Notes: a model not told the origin generated them from the letters alone. A DNA stretch of 63,349 nucleotides, filler included, from Octopus bimaculoides (GCF_001194135.2; 4 parts of 4 records of this genome joined end to end with filler, not necessarily neighbours in it), one strand, 5' to 3'. Positions 39,952-52,205 are shown, numbered from the whole stretch's first letter. Numbers and translations are program-made.

Positions 39952-40640
39952 CGTGTTTGCATGTGTGCGTGAAACTGCGCGCCTAATGTGTGTCGGAAAT
40001 TCAGAATGGCGATTTAGGTTCAAGTTGAAAACCATAGAATGTAAGAAAGTAACGTCACTCAGTAAAAGTATGTGAACTAAATATCTACGAGTACTGGACT
40101 TGGTTTGAGAAACGGCCTGATTCAGGGAAATATCTAGTCACCTTACTAATAATTTGCATTGTACAACCTACATTATTCATACATAAATACATGCGTCTGT
40201 CACAGTATCGCCTACTCTATTATCCGGCACACAATTCGGTGCTTCGAGACCAAAACTTACAGTCATAAAAATAGGTCGACCTATGCACTAAGACGATTTT
40301 GAAAGACCAAAAACTTCATGTGAAATGCAGCAGGCTTTTGAAAGATAATGGCGATGTTTGAATGCTTACACTACATGTTTTACGTTACTTACTATGATGT
40401 TGACTGGATGTTTGATTTTTATCACTCTCAGTAAATGTTTTGGGGACACGGCAAGCCAACGGTTGTTCTGTGTGTTCACGATCTGTTCGTATTAGAGCTT
40501 CCGGCACGAATTCCAAGCAGTACAGCATGCTGTTTCTAAATTTCTGGCAGAGTGAATTGCATCATGGCACTTTTTTTCTCACTGACGGTGACCCGCTGAC
40601 CCTACTATTCTGTGTAGTCGGCAAAATAAAAAAACAACAA

Positions 40641-40677
40641 CCAATGCGCATGCGCTAAATTAAGAATATAAAATGGC
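40641..40677. promoter_or_regulatory. Candidate promoter motif cluster (CCAAT, NRF-1-like palindrome, TATA-like, YY1-like)
   Basis: CCAAT 40641-45, TGCGCATGCGC 40645-55, TATAAAA 40667-73 and AAAATGGC 40670-77, at the edge of about 600 bp of non-repetitive sequence. Motif match only. Confidence 0.3.
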
Positions 40678-40699
40678 AAGAATCTACCCATTGCACCCT

Positions 40700-40855
40700 G
40701 TTCAGTTTCGCCAACCAATTCCATTCACAAGGCTTTGGTCAGCCTGAGGCTATAGCAGAAGATACTTGCCAAAGGTACCGCGCAGTGGGATTGAATCGAG
40801 GACCGTATGGTTGGTAGGCAAACTTCTTACCACCAGAGCCACGCCTACTCCTATG
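40700..40855 (-). mobile_element. SINE family A 5' half
   Basis: CACAAGGCTTTGGTCAGCCTGAGGCTATAGCAGAAGATACTTGCC..CTTACCACC.GAGCCACGCCTACTCCTAT. Confidence 0.75.
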
Positions 40856-41154
40856 TATATTTTCAGAAATAACCAGCTGAATAAAATATATTTTGCCCTA
40901 GGTCCCTACTAAACGCTCCTTTCAAAACTAACACTAGTGACAATCATCAATACCAAGGATTACAGTTCACCGCAAAACTACTTGATAGTACAATACAAAT
41001 TTACAATCACACATCCCACCCTCTGCCACCGGCAATGTCGATTTGACTGACAAATTCGTGCTACGAGAATAGCGGGCATTGTGAATGTCCGTCACCACCT
41101 GTAATAACAGCAACGCCAACAACGCTAAGAACGGACGCCAAATTAGCGAGGAAA

Positions 41155-41246
<92 letters not shown>

Positions 41247-41486
41247 ACACAGAGACACACACACACACAGACACAGACACACACACATACAGACATGCAG
41301 ACACATATCTATAAATATATATAAATACACACACACACATTGTATATATGTGTGTGTGTTTGTGTTTGTGTATGTATATATATATATGTATATGTGTGTG
41401 TGTGTGTGTATACATATGCATGTGTATATCTGTATATGTGTGTGTATGTGTGTGTGTATATATATATACATATGTATGTGTATATC

Positions 41487-41517
<31 letters not shown>

Positions 41518-42318
41518 CTGTATGTTTGTGTATGTGTATGTATGTGTGTATTGTATTATATATATATATACACACACACACACACATATAGACATATATT
41601 TGTGTGCGTATATAATGTACTAGATACACACAAACACACACACACACACACACGCACGCACACACACATACATATATACATATAAGAGATGAAATACAAA
41701 ACAAAACAACCCACAAAAATTACGAAAAAAACAAAAGAAAGAAAAAAAGGTGTTGCGATTCTGTCACCGTCACACAATAATCAGTTGACAGGAATAACTT
41801 GTCAACGCAATCCCCGAGGGACCGGAGTATGGAAGTCTGGGGAGAAAGGGAGAGAGAGAGAGAGAGAAAAAAACCATTAAAAGGAAATAGAACTGTCACA
41901 CTTCTGATGAACACAACGCCCAGTCCTTCACTTCTTTTTCCCTCTTTTCTTTTACTTCACTTATTAGTGGTTCGCATAATCTGCTCCCTTCTCACCCCGA
42001 CTACATTTACTATCATTCCAACCTCCCCCCCACCCCTTTATCCGACCCNNNNNNNNNNNNNNNNNNNNNNNNNNNNNNNNNNNNNNNNNNNNTTAATTAA
42101 TTAANNNNNNNNNNNNNNNNNNNNNNNNNNNNNNNNNNNNNNNNNNNNCCTTGGCAAACAGGACACAGTCGTGTGTCGATAAGCCAGCTGGAGGAGATGT
42201 CCTCCTGGGGCTAAAAGCAACAATAACATCCACCCCTAGGGGTCAGCCACACTTAAGTGGCAATATACTACACTTTATCGTGCAGTTACTGTTAATACTT
42301 CATTTAGAGAATTAACAT

Positions 42319-42364
<46 letters not shown>

Positions 42365-42581
42365 GTTATGAACGATAGTGGTGTCAATTAGACCCAGGGG
42401 TTTCAAGCAATGCTGAGCAAGTACTATGAATAGACCACAGTTAAGCTCCAGGTTCGGTGATTATGCGAATAAGGGGTCCAACGTAGGTCATATATCAGCG
42501 TGTGAATATAAGGATTTACTTTTCGTAATGAGATAAAAAAAACCAAGGCTGTGTATATTTTAGAACATTTATAAATAGAAG

Positions 42582-42629
42582 GTCTTACAGCTGTTTCCAG
42601 GATATTTATTATATCCCTTCATCGGAGAT
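42582..42629 (-). ncRNA. Hammerhead motif, left arm (variant core CCGAUGA)
   Basis: Minus strand ATCT-CCGATGA-AG-GGATAT(AATAA)ATATCC-TG-GAAA-C(AGCT)G-TA|AGAC; stem I reduced to 3 bp. Confidence 0.5.
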
Positions 42630-42715
42630 AGTGTGAGAGGATGGTTAATATCCCTGCATTCACTCTATTTCCTATCTTATCTAAATTAAATATTACTTAA
42701 CCATCCTCTCACACC

Positions 42716-42763
42716 GTCTCCGATGAAGGGATATAATAGATATCCTGGAAACAGCTGTAAGAC
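42716..42763 (+). ncRNA. Hammerhead motif, right arm (variant core CCGAUGA)
   Basis: GTCT-CCGATGA-AG-GGATAT(AATAG)ATATCC-TG-GAAA-C(AGCT)G-TA|AGAC. Stem I 4 bp, palindromic stem III ACAGCTGT; same family as 33096. Confidence 0.6.
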
Positions 42764-43312
42764 CTATTTATAAATGTTCTAAAATATACACAGCCTTGTT
42801 TTTTTTTATCTCATTACGTAAAGTAAATCCTTATATATATATAGTAATCGAACGCTTCATCAATAGATATATGCTAAACGCTTATTCATTTCAAAAAGAC
42901 TCACAAAACTAGTCTCTGAAATCAGAGTAGGTATCATTACTTGTATCCAAAGCAGTATATTACTGGTATTTATTTAATCCAACTTGGAATTGTGAAGAGT
43001 TGGTCTCAAGCAGATTTGTTTAAGTTTACACTCAAAAAAGTTAATTGTGAAATCTAATAGATTTATTTCTTAGTCATGTGATCTATTCTTACAGAAACCT
43101 GGCAGCAGAAACGAAAGAATACATTATTCAGGTTTATTTTCTTCTCTTCCGTCTAAGTTCCAATCTCTCCCAAATGTCTTAAGCTGCTTTCATCTCGCCG
43201 AGGTCGATCAAATATGTAGAAGTCGTGTCCGGGGAACTATTCGACTCTGTTTATTATAAACCTTACCACTGTGCCCTGTATCAGAAATTATTTCAAGGAT
43301 CAAATAGACAAC

Positions 43313-43430
<118 letters not shown>

Positions 43431-43986
43431 AGCGTACGTACTCACACACCGCTTCTTACTCTATCTGTTTCTCTCCGTCTTCCACTCCATCCTAGTCTCT
43501 CACGTCACTTTGATACACTACCTTCACCTTTTGTTATTCCGATAGCAAGCACTACTTAGATTCCTTTGAAAGTAATCGTGATTTCTATAAGAAATATTGC
43601 GTCTCATTTCAACGAATGACTATATATTCCCTAGTGGCTAGAATAAAAAAAGAAGAAAAGAAAAGCAACAACATGAAGAGACCGTTAAGTGAGCTCAGCG
43701 GGGATTCGAAATCTTGACGATATTTCGATGCAGAAATGATATTTACAAAGAGATGAAAACCTACTGTCTACAAATGATTAAAGGCCAGAGTGAGTTGTAG
43801 AAACTTCTTCGCTCACGCATTCACTCTTTCTCTCCGTGGTTTCTTTCACATACACACTCTTCGCCTCCTCCTTCTTCTCCCCATATTCTTATACTTTGCA
43901 TGGTGTTTTTGAATATACATAATAAATGATTTATTTCTATGCTATAAATATATGTGTGTATGTGTATGTGTATGTATATATATAGC

Positions 43987-44036
<50 letters not shown>

Positions 44037-46460
44037 NNNNNNNNNNNNNNNNNNNNNNNNNNNNNNNNNNNNNNNNNNNNNNNNNNNNNNNNNNNNNNNN
44101 NNNNNNNNNNNNNNNNNNNNNNNNNNNNNNNNNNNNNNNNNNNNNNNNNNNNNNNNNNNNNNNNNNNNNNNNNNNNNNNNNNNNNNNNNNNNNNNNNNNN
44201 NNNNNNNNNNNNNNNNNNNNNNNNNNNNNNNNNNNNNNNNNNNNNNNNNNNNNNNNNNNNNNNNNNNNNNNNNNNNNNNNNNNNNNNNNNNNNNNNNNNN
44301 NNNNNNNNNNNNNNNNNNNNNNNNNNNNNNNNNNNNNNNNNNNNNNNNNNNNNNNNNNNNNNNNNNNNNNNNNNNNNNNNNNNNNNNNNNNNNNNNNNNN
44401 NNNNNNNNNNNNNNNNNNNNNNNNNNNNNNNNNNNNNNNNNNNNNNNNNNNNNNNNNNNNNNNNNNNTATATATATATATATTATATACGTTAAAAATAT
44501 GCTATTTTCGTATATGTGCGAACGCAGCTTTTACTGACGAGAGAAATCTTCATACACGTAAATCAATTAGAAACGCATGCCTCCACATACATATGTATAT
44601 GCATACATATACATACATACACTCATACATGCATACATGCATACATACATACATACATACATGCATACAAGTATTTGTGACTGTATGTGTATTTATATGT
44701 ACACAGGCACACACACGCACTCACACACACGCACGCACACGACACTCACACACACACATATACTCACATATACAAATGTATTAATGCAGATCTTTAGAAA
44801 TGCTGTCGTATTTATGCGTACCTATATGCATGAATGTACGCGCGTGCTTAGGTGCGTGCGTGTGTGTGTGCGTGTGTGTGTTCATGTACACGCACTCACA
44901 CACAACAGAATACTAAAGTAACACTGCATAAATGCAGTCATTTGTTATAGCTATTTGCTCTCCATATTCTGGTGAAATTACTATTGTTTCTGTTATTAAG
45001 AATTCTTTAGATTTCTGTTATATGTGTTTTTGCTATTAGTGCTCGCTTTGCTGTCATTACTGTGCTGCTGCTGCTGCTGTTGTTTTTGTTGTTATTGTTT
45101 TTGTTGTTATTGTTGTTGTTGTTGCTGCTACCGTTATTGATGTCATTCCTTTTTGACATTTTTATGTTAACAGTTACCAGTATTTTATTATTATATATGA
45201 CTTATTTCATTTTATTTTATTTTACTTTATTTTTTGTTTAGAACGACCTCATAACATATTTTTTTTTTCCTTTTCTTTTACTTTGATATTTCTTCCGTTT
45301 ATTTATTTATTTATTTATTTATTTACTTTTTTTTTTATTTCTGGTTCAATTACAATCCACAAAGATCGAACCATTAAGATTCGATTTGAATCAATAGCAT
45401 ACATTTAGTCTTTGTTAAGTTATACTTTGATTGTTTAGTATACAGTTTTATACGCTTGTGCATCTGNNNNNNNNNNNNNNNNNNNNNNNNNNNNNNNNNN
45501 NNNNNNNNNNNNNNNNNNNNNNNNNNNNNNNNNNNNNNNNNNNNNNNNNNNNNNNNNNNNNNNNNNNNNNNNNNNNNNNNNNNNNNNNNNNNNNNNNNNN
45601 NNNNNNNNNNNNNNNNNNNNNNNNNNNNNNNNNNNNNNNNNNNNNNNNNNNNNNNNNNNNNNNNNNNNNNNNNNNNNNNNNNNNNNNNNNNNNNNNNNNN
45701 NNNNNNNNNNNNNNNNNNNNNNNNNNNNNNNNNNNNNNNNNNNNNNNNNNNNNNNNNNNNNNNNNNNNNNNNNNNNNNNNNNNNNNNNNNNNNNNNNNNN
45801 NNNNNNNNNNNNNNNNNNNNNNNNNNNNNNNNNNNNNNNNNNNNNNNNNNNNNNNNNNNNNNNNNNNNNNNNNNNNNNNNNNNNNNNNNNNNNNNNNNNN
45901 NNNNNNNNNNNNNNNNNNNNNNNNNNNNNNNNNNNNNNNNNNNNNNNNNNNNNNNNNNNNNNNNNNNNNNNNNNNNNNNNNNNNNNNNNNNNNNNNNNNN
46001 NNNNNNNNNNNNNNNNNNNNNNNNNNNNNNNNNNNNNNNNNNNNNNNNNNNNNNNNNNNNNNNNNNNNNNNNNNNNNNNNNNNNNNNNNNNNNNNNNNNN
46101 NNNNNNNNNNNNNNNNNNNNNNNNNNNNNNNNNNNNNNNNNNNNNNNNNNNNNNNNNNNNNNNNNNNNNNNNNNNNNNNNNNNNNNNNNNNNNNNNNNNN
46201 NNNNNNNNNNNNNNNNNNNNNNNNNNNNNNNNNNNNNNNNNNNNNNNNNNNNNNNNNNNNNNNNNNNNNNNNNNNNNNNNNNNNNNNNNNNNNNNNNNNN
46301 NNNNNNNNNNNNNNNNNNNNNNNNNNNNNNNNNNNNNNNNAAATAAATGTAATTTTGTCTAGCTCCAGCCTTCTAATTCCAGCATTGTGTATGTAAAAAC
46401 ATGAATTTCTTGAGTATATTTAGAGTTGAACTGTTGATGAAAGTATATTTCTCGGGTGAT

Positions 46461-46659
46461 CTTTACTCTTTTACTCTTTTACTTGTTTCAGTCATTTGAC
46501 TGCGGCCATGCCGGAGCACCGCCTTTAGTCGAGCAAATCGACCTCAGGACTTATTCTTTGTAAGCCTAGTACTTATTCTGTCGGACTTTTGCCGAACCGC
46601 TAAGTTACAGGGACGTAATCACACCAGCATCAGTTGTCAAGCGATGTTGGGGGGACAAA
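46461..46659 (-). mobile_element. SINE family A 3' half, ends at a gap
   Basis: High identity to 60350-60545. Confidence 0.85.
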
Positions 46660-47204
46660 NNNNNNNNNNCGACCTCATAACATATTTTTTTTTTCCTTTT
46701 CTTTTACTTTGATATTTCTTCCGTTTATTTATTTATTTATTTATTTATTTACTTTTTTTTTTATTTCTGGTTCAATTACAATCCACAAAGATCGAACCAT
46801 TAAGATTCGATTTGAATCAATAGCATACATTTAGTCTTTGTTAAGTTATACTTTGATTGTTTAGTATACAGTTTTATACGCTTGTGCATCTGCGCTTATG
46901 CATTAATTTAATAATCGTGTGCCTCTATGATTTTGCGTATGAAAATATGAACATTGTTATTTGTGTTCTTCATTTTATGTAGGTCGTAACCGTTTCTACC
47001 CCCCCCCCTTTCTCTCTTTTCTCTCTCCATCTATATATCTAGATGAATACATATGCGTGCTTATGTGTGTGTGTGTGTGTGTGTGTGCAGATATGGTATG
47101 AGTATGTATGAATATTTATATATACTTACGCATACAACATACATTTTTTTATATGCATACATATATATATATATTATATTAAATATATATGCATATCTAC
47201 TTAC

Positions 47205-47248
<44 letters not shown>

Positions 47249-48086
47249 TTATTTATCTATCTATCTATCTCTACAACTAGGCGTGTTAACACAAAAATCT
47301 ACTTAGAAAAGGAAAAGCTAACATATAGGAAATTTACGCACAAGACGTAGATATGCTCATCCATCATGTGTTATCGGTCAAAAATCATCACAAATTCCCG
47401 CCATTATCGATAAGATTGTTCATACAAACACACACACACACACACACTATATATATATATANNNNNNNNNNNNNNNNNNNNNNNNNNNNNNNNNNNNNNN
47501 NNNNNNNNNNNNNNNNNNNNNNNNNNNNNNNNNNNNNNNNNNNNNNNNNNNNNNNNNNNNNNNNNNNNNNNNNNNNNNNNNNNNNNNNNNNNNNNNNNNN
47601 NNNNNNNNNNNNNNNNNNNNNNNNNNNNNNNNNNNNNNNNNNNNNNNNNNNNNNNNNNNNNNNNNNNNNNNNNNNNNNNNNNNNNNNNNNNNNNNNNNNN
47701 NNNNNNNNNNNNNNNNNNNNNNNNNNNNNNNNNNNNNNNNNNNNNNNNNNNNNNNNNNNNNNNNNNNNNNNNNNNNNNNNNNNNNNNNNNNNNNNNNNNN
47801 NNNNNNNNNNNNNNNNNNNNNNNNNNNNNNNNNNNNNNNNNNNNNNNNNNNNNNNNNNNNNNNNNNNNNNNNNNNNNNNNNNNNNNNNNNNNNNNNNNNN
47901 NNNNNNNNNNNNNNNNNNNNNNNNNNNNNNNNNNNNNNNNNNNNNNNNNNNNNNNNNNNNNNNNNNNNNNNNNNNNNNNNNNNNNNNNNNNNNNNNNNNN
48001 NNNNNNNNNNNNNNNNNNNNNNNNNNNNNNNNNNNNNNNNNNNNNNNNNNCAAACACACACGTATTTATATATACACATATATATA

Positions 48087-48230
48087 TACGACGGTCTTCT
48101 TTCAGTTTTCCGTCTACCAAATCCACTCACAAGGCTTTGGTCGGCCCGAGGTTATAGTAGAAGACACTTGCCCAAAGTGCAAAGCAGTGGCATTGAATCC
48201 GGAACCATGTGGTTCATAAGCAAGCTACTT
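48087..48230 (-). mobile_element. SINE family A body, separated from its head (50326-50366) by an inserted element
   Basis: TACGACGG..TTTCAGTTTTCCGTCTACCAAATCCACTCACAAGG..GGAACCATGTGGTTCATAAGCAAGCTACTT stops at the TSD 48217-48230. Confidence 0.85.
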
Positions 48231-48456
48231 TATTTCAATAAATTTCGCCATTAACGGCGTTACATAGAGGGGACAAGCAAAGACAGACAAACATAAAGTA
48301 GCTGCGGGCTGAACATGGACATTAATGAGATGAGGGTGATAAGGATGAAACAAATAATGAGAGAGGCGCCCGCCGACTGATAACCCCTGGAAAACATTGT
48401 TTTTTTTTTCCCTTTTAAAATTACAATTTTTACACAATTTCAATATATTAACAATT

Positions 48457-49202
48457 TCAATTAAAATTATCATAATTTTCCTCATTCCACCCCTCCGCAA
48501 GCAGGTATGCTGCCCCTTCCAAACAAAAGTCTATTGTTAGGCTTGAATATGCGGCGAGGTGGAAGAAACCTTTGTAGATAAATCTTTCTATGACTTTTGC
48601 CAATATGTTGTCATTTAGAACCTCCACAGTCACCTGCGGAGGCCATGTGGAACTACTCGCACATTCCAAGTAGCTCCTATCTTGGCTGCACTCGCGGTCC
48701 AAGAATTCATTCACCGCCCCTCTCTCCTGGTACAGGATAACATAATCATTATCCGGACTGGGAGAGACGTCACATCACTCTGTCATTGGCACAATTCCCG
48801 CTGGCAGAGTCCTCCTCTCCGGGTGCACACTTCCCACCGGAGAGGCCTCGGGTTCGGTCGGCGGCGCAGTGAATTCCGCCGACCGTCTCCCATTCTTTCT
48901 TTTCCTCCGTTTTCTTTTCTCTTCTGCGGGAACTGGGACCTGCGACGGCACCCCGAGGGGCCCTTCTCCTCTCCCGCAGCCTCAACTGGTGAGCAACCAT
49001 TTGTGACCCTTTGTGACCCCGGGGACAGTGTTTCCTAATATGGCCAGGCTCCCGACACATGTGACATTTGAGAGGAAGACCCTCAAGAATTACCACGTAT
49101 CTGGACCCAGCCATCCTCAGAAAATCGGGAAAAACCATTTCCCTGGCGGTCACTGGGGTCCATAAGGTCAAAATTGCCTTAGAACCCTCCCAGTTTTGAA
49201 CA
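48457..49202 (-). pseudogene. ORF1/gag-like C-terminal half with CCHC zinc knuckle
   Basis: VQNWEGSKAILTLW..RYVVILEGLPLKCHMCREPGHIRKHCPRG; CX2CX4HX4C at 49025-49066. A frameshifted continuation (48457..48714) is probable. Confidence 0.75.
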
Positions 49203-49895
49203 GCAGGAGTGGTGGTGTGGTAAGTAGCTTGCTTACCACTTCCGGTCTTGCGCGGAGGAGTTACTTCCGGTAAGAACATTGAACAAGGTGGTCGAGAGTC
49301 TTCAGCTCTCACGAAGAAGTGAATTACGAAGAAGTCGACCGAGGTAGGTGGAGTTGTTTTTTTTGAGCTTGGTACAATTTATTGTGTTTCATTTGTTTCA
49401 GTAAATTTAGCCTAGCTCTGGGCAATTTCTTCTGCCACGGCGACTGTAGTTGTTGCTCATTTTATTGAGCAAATTGTGTTTCTTGTTCGTCGTTATTGGT
49501 GAGCGTGTTCGACTCACCATGACGGCGGAATGAGAATTTTTTGTAAAAAACTTTTTGGGTCTCACTTAATTGCGAGAACTGTTGCTTTTGTGGGCGTATC
49601 TCGCCTCCGAAAAACTTGCGAAAAATTCTAACAATTTGTGAAGAATTTTTTTGTGTTCCTGTTACTGTGGCCCTGGATTTCCTTTACTGGAATACCTTAT
49701 TGGAATACCTGTAGGCCAGGATTACCGGGTGGCCGGAATTTTGTTGCTGTGACTTAAACTGTCTTCCTTCCTTCTTTTTCTCTGCTCTGTTTTTCTGTTC
49801 CTTTTGTGTTTTTTTTGTGAACTTCTTTTGTTGAACTTTTTTGTTGAACTTTTTTGTGAACTTTTGTGCGAACTTTTTTAAACTTTTTTGCAAGC

Positions 49896-50325
49896 ATGGA
49901 AAAAAGGGCAATACTGTGTTGGAGTGGGAGGTTGTTCCGCCCAAGCAGTGGGTGGATGACCTTGAGAAAAGGACGGTGGTCCTGGGAGCCTTTTCTAGGT
50001 CGCGGAACGCCATCGCCCACTTCGAAAAGGAAGAAGTTGAAAAAGGACTGGTGAACTGTTTGCCAGCGAAAATTTATTTTTATCACTAGGGGGGTCAAAT
50101 TTGCAACGGTGTGGTTACAGTTTGACTCCCCAGAAGAGGCCTGCATTGTGGCTAGTCAACCCAACCCATGCAGGGTGAGAAGATTCTGTTTCTCCCCACT
50201 TATTGTGGAAAGAGAATTATTAGAGCCTGGGTTTATGGTCTTCCCCCAGGCACAAAAGCTGAGTGGATTTCGGATGCCTTCCAGCGGGGCTTGGGGGACA
50301 GCCGACCCAGGCTCTTAAATGTACA
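49896..50325 (+). pseudogene. ORF1 N-terminal half (RRM-like), inverted relative to the rest of the element
   Basis: Joined across frameshifts and a stop: MEK-GNTVLEWEVVPPKQW..KFATVWLQFDSPEEACIVASQP-MQGEKILFLPTYCGKRIIRAWVYGLPPGTKAEWISDAF..RLLNVQ. Confidence 0.6.
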
Positions 50326-50366
50326 GGTAAGCAAGCTACTTACCATACAGCCACTCCTGCGACTAT
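50326..50366 (-). mobile_element. SINE family A head (tRNA-like, A-box), 5' of the insertion
   Basis: Minus strand TATAGTCGCAGGAGTGGCTGTATGGTAAGTAGCTTGCTTACC. Confidence 0.85.
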
Positions 50367-50571
50367 AAGAACTGATGAATTTTTTTATTTGCATTAATTC
50401 GTGAACATACAATTGTAGTCTACTATCGTGCAATGCTGAGAACACATATTAATTAAAGCACGTACTCATAATTTCTAGCATAGTGTAAGCAATAGTAATA
50501 AGCAGTAGGTTGTGAAACGGCCGTAACCCTATGAAAGTCGTGTGGTAATATAAATATATATTCTGTTGTCA

Positions 50572-51128
50572 TGGCGATACCTGCTCAGAGGCTTACGGCA
50601 TCAGCAGAATTGAGAGAAACACCTCAGATGTGCAGGCAGCTGTGACGAGAAATCGTCGAATCACCATCCGTGAGTTATCAGAGGATGTGCAGATTAGTTA
50701 CGGTTCAGTTCAGTCCATTATCACTGAAGATTTGAGCATGAGACACGTGTCTGCCAAGTTTGTGCCAAAACTGTCTTCAGCTGACCAAAAAGGCACTCGG
50801 GTTTCATTTGCACAAGGTCTCCTTGATTGTATCGAGAACGATGAAAAGTTTTGAAAACTTTACGTAGGCCTCTGAGCAGGTATCGCCAAGCTTTTGGCAA
50901 AATGCGAATTCTCTGCTCAACTTCCTTTGTATGGTCGATGCGACGATCACACGCTACACACGTTCCGTCCGAGCACTGCCGTAAACAGCCGAAGCGAGCT
51001 AGAACGCTAAAACTTAGAGCGCATGCAAAGCAGAGTTGAAGATCAATGTGTACCAAGCGGCTTTATTCTGCGTGCATTAGCTTCATTACTTAGGCAACAG
51101 ACCGGATACTTATTGATCAGATCACTTA
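50572..51128. mobile_element. Mariner relic: TIR and N-terminus on minus (51128-50863), middle part on plus (50598-50861)
   Basis: Minus: TIR GATCTGATCAATAAGTATCCGG, then TKEVEQRI.. and QKLGDTCSEAY across a frameshift. Plus: NRRITIRELSEDVQISYGSVQSIITEDLSMRHVSAKFVPKL..CIENDEKF. Confidence 0.85.
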
Positions 51129-51231
51129 TATATATATATTTAATTTGTGTGTGTATACATTTATATTTCATCGTGTTGAACCGTTAATCCTTACACGTTT
51201 TCTCACTCTCTTCGTTTTTTTCTCTCTTAAT

Positions 51232-51272
51232 CCTTTCTTTCAAAGGACGTAGGCTCGAAACGTCAAAGACAT
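51232..51272 (+). ncRNA. Degenerate hammerhead-like relic (3' half intact, core eroded)
   Basis: ..CGTAGGCTC-GAAA-CG-TC|AAAG with upstream CTTT, palindromic ACGT stem III; no CUGANGA core recognisable. Confidence 0.3.
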
Positions 51273-51687
51273 TTCTCTTCTCCTCGAGCGTTAAACTTAT
51301 ACACCTACTTGGTATTTCTTCACCTGTCTTCGTCTTTTGCTTTCTGTTAATTTGAATTATATATAGTTATATGCATATATTTATATCTATCTCACTATCT
51401 ACCTTTCTCTCTCACACACTCTCTTTACTGACGCATTTATAGAAACATTAAACATAACCATAGACAAGCTCGTAACTGCGCGCATACACCCAAACACATG
51501 CATGCACAAGCAAACACATCTAGATAAATAGAGAAATACACATATACACGCATTCACATCTGCATGTATACATGTATACACACTTTTACGCTTCCATGAT
51601 ATACATACACACACACAAACACACACATATATATGTCTATTTATATACATATAATGCGTATTTATCATATCTATCTATCTACCTATA

Positions 51688-51719
<32 letters not shown>

Positions 51720-51821
51720 CATATATAAATGGGTAGGTAGATGTATATATATATATATACATATGCACGTGTGGGTGTATGTATAATACAAACGCACATC
51801 ATATGTGTGTGTGTTGGTCAC

Positions 51822-51879
<58 letters not shown>

Positions 51880-52205
51880 ACATATTTTTTAAAAATCAGT
51901 TAAGAAGGTATGACTTCTGTATGAAATTCCACTAAATTTCTCTTATTACTTGCAGCCTCATTGATAACACTTTTCTGAAACGAATACATCAAAGAACATT
52001 TGAATGAGCGTACTTATATGGATATGAATTCAATTAATTTTCCATGTGTCTATAGAGCTGGTGTGTCGTGTGTGCGCGTATGAATGCGTGTATGTATGCA
52101 TATATATATATATATATATATATATGCATGTACATGCATTCTAAGTGAGTAAGAAAAGTAGATACGTTTTTTAATATTCTGGCAGTCAACGTGTATGATT
52201 GTATG

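Larger units (their letters stand above)
42506..42836. repeat. Inverted repeat (about 140-bp arms, 48-bp spacer), each arm carrying a hammerhead motif; Penelope-like inverted pLTR
   Basis: 42506-42648 and 42697-42836 are reverse complements with a few substitutions or indels. Confidence 0.9.
48231..50325 (-). mobile_element. L1/Tx1-like ORF1-only retroelement (about 2.1 kb) with inverted 5' half, flanked by 14-bp TSD TAAGCAAGCTACTT
   Basis: TSD copies at 48217-48230 and 50328-50341. ORF1 halves lie on opposite strands and rejoin in frame. No endonuclease or RT motifs seen between the CCHC and the AATAAA-ending 3' terminus. Confidence 0.7.

Noticed and set aside
45244-46892. 223-bp direct duplication (45244-45466 and 46670-46892)
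   Set aside because: The copies appear identical and each abuts a gap (one only 10 N); most likely contig overlap or a haplotype artefact rather than a real duplication.
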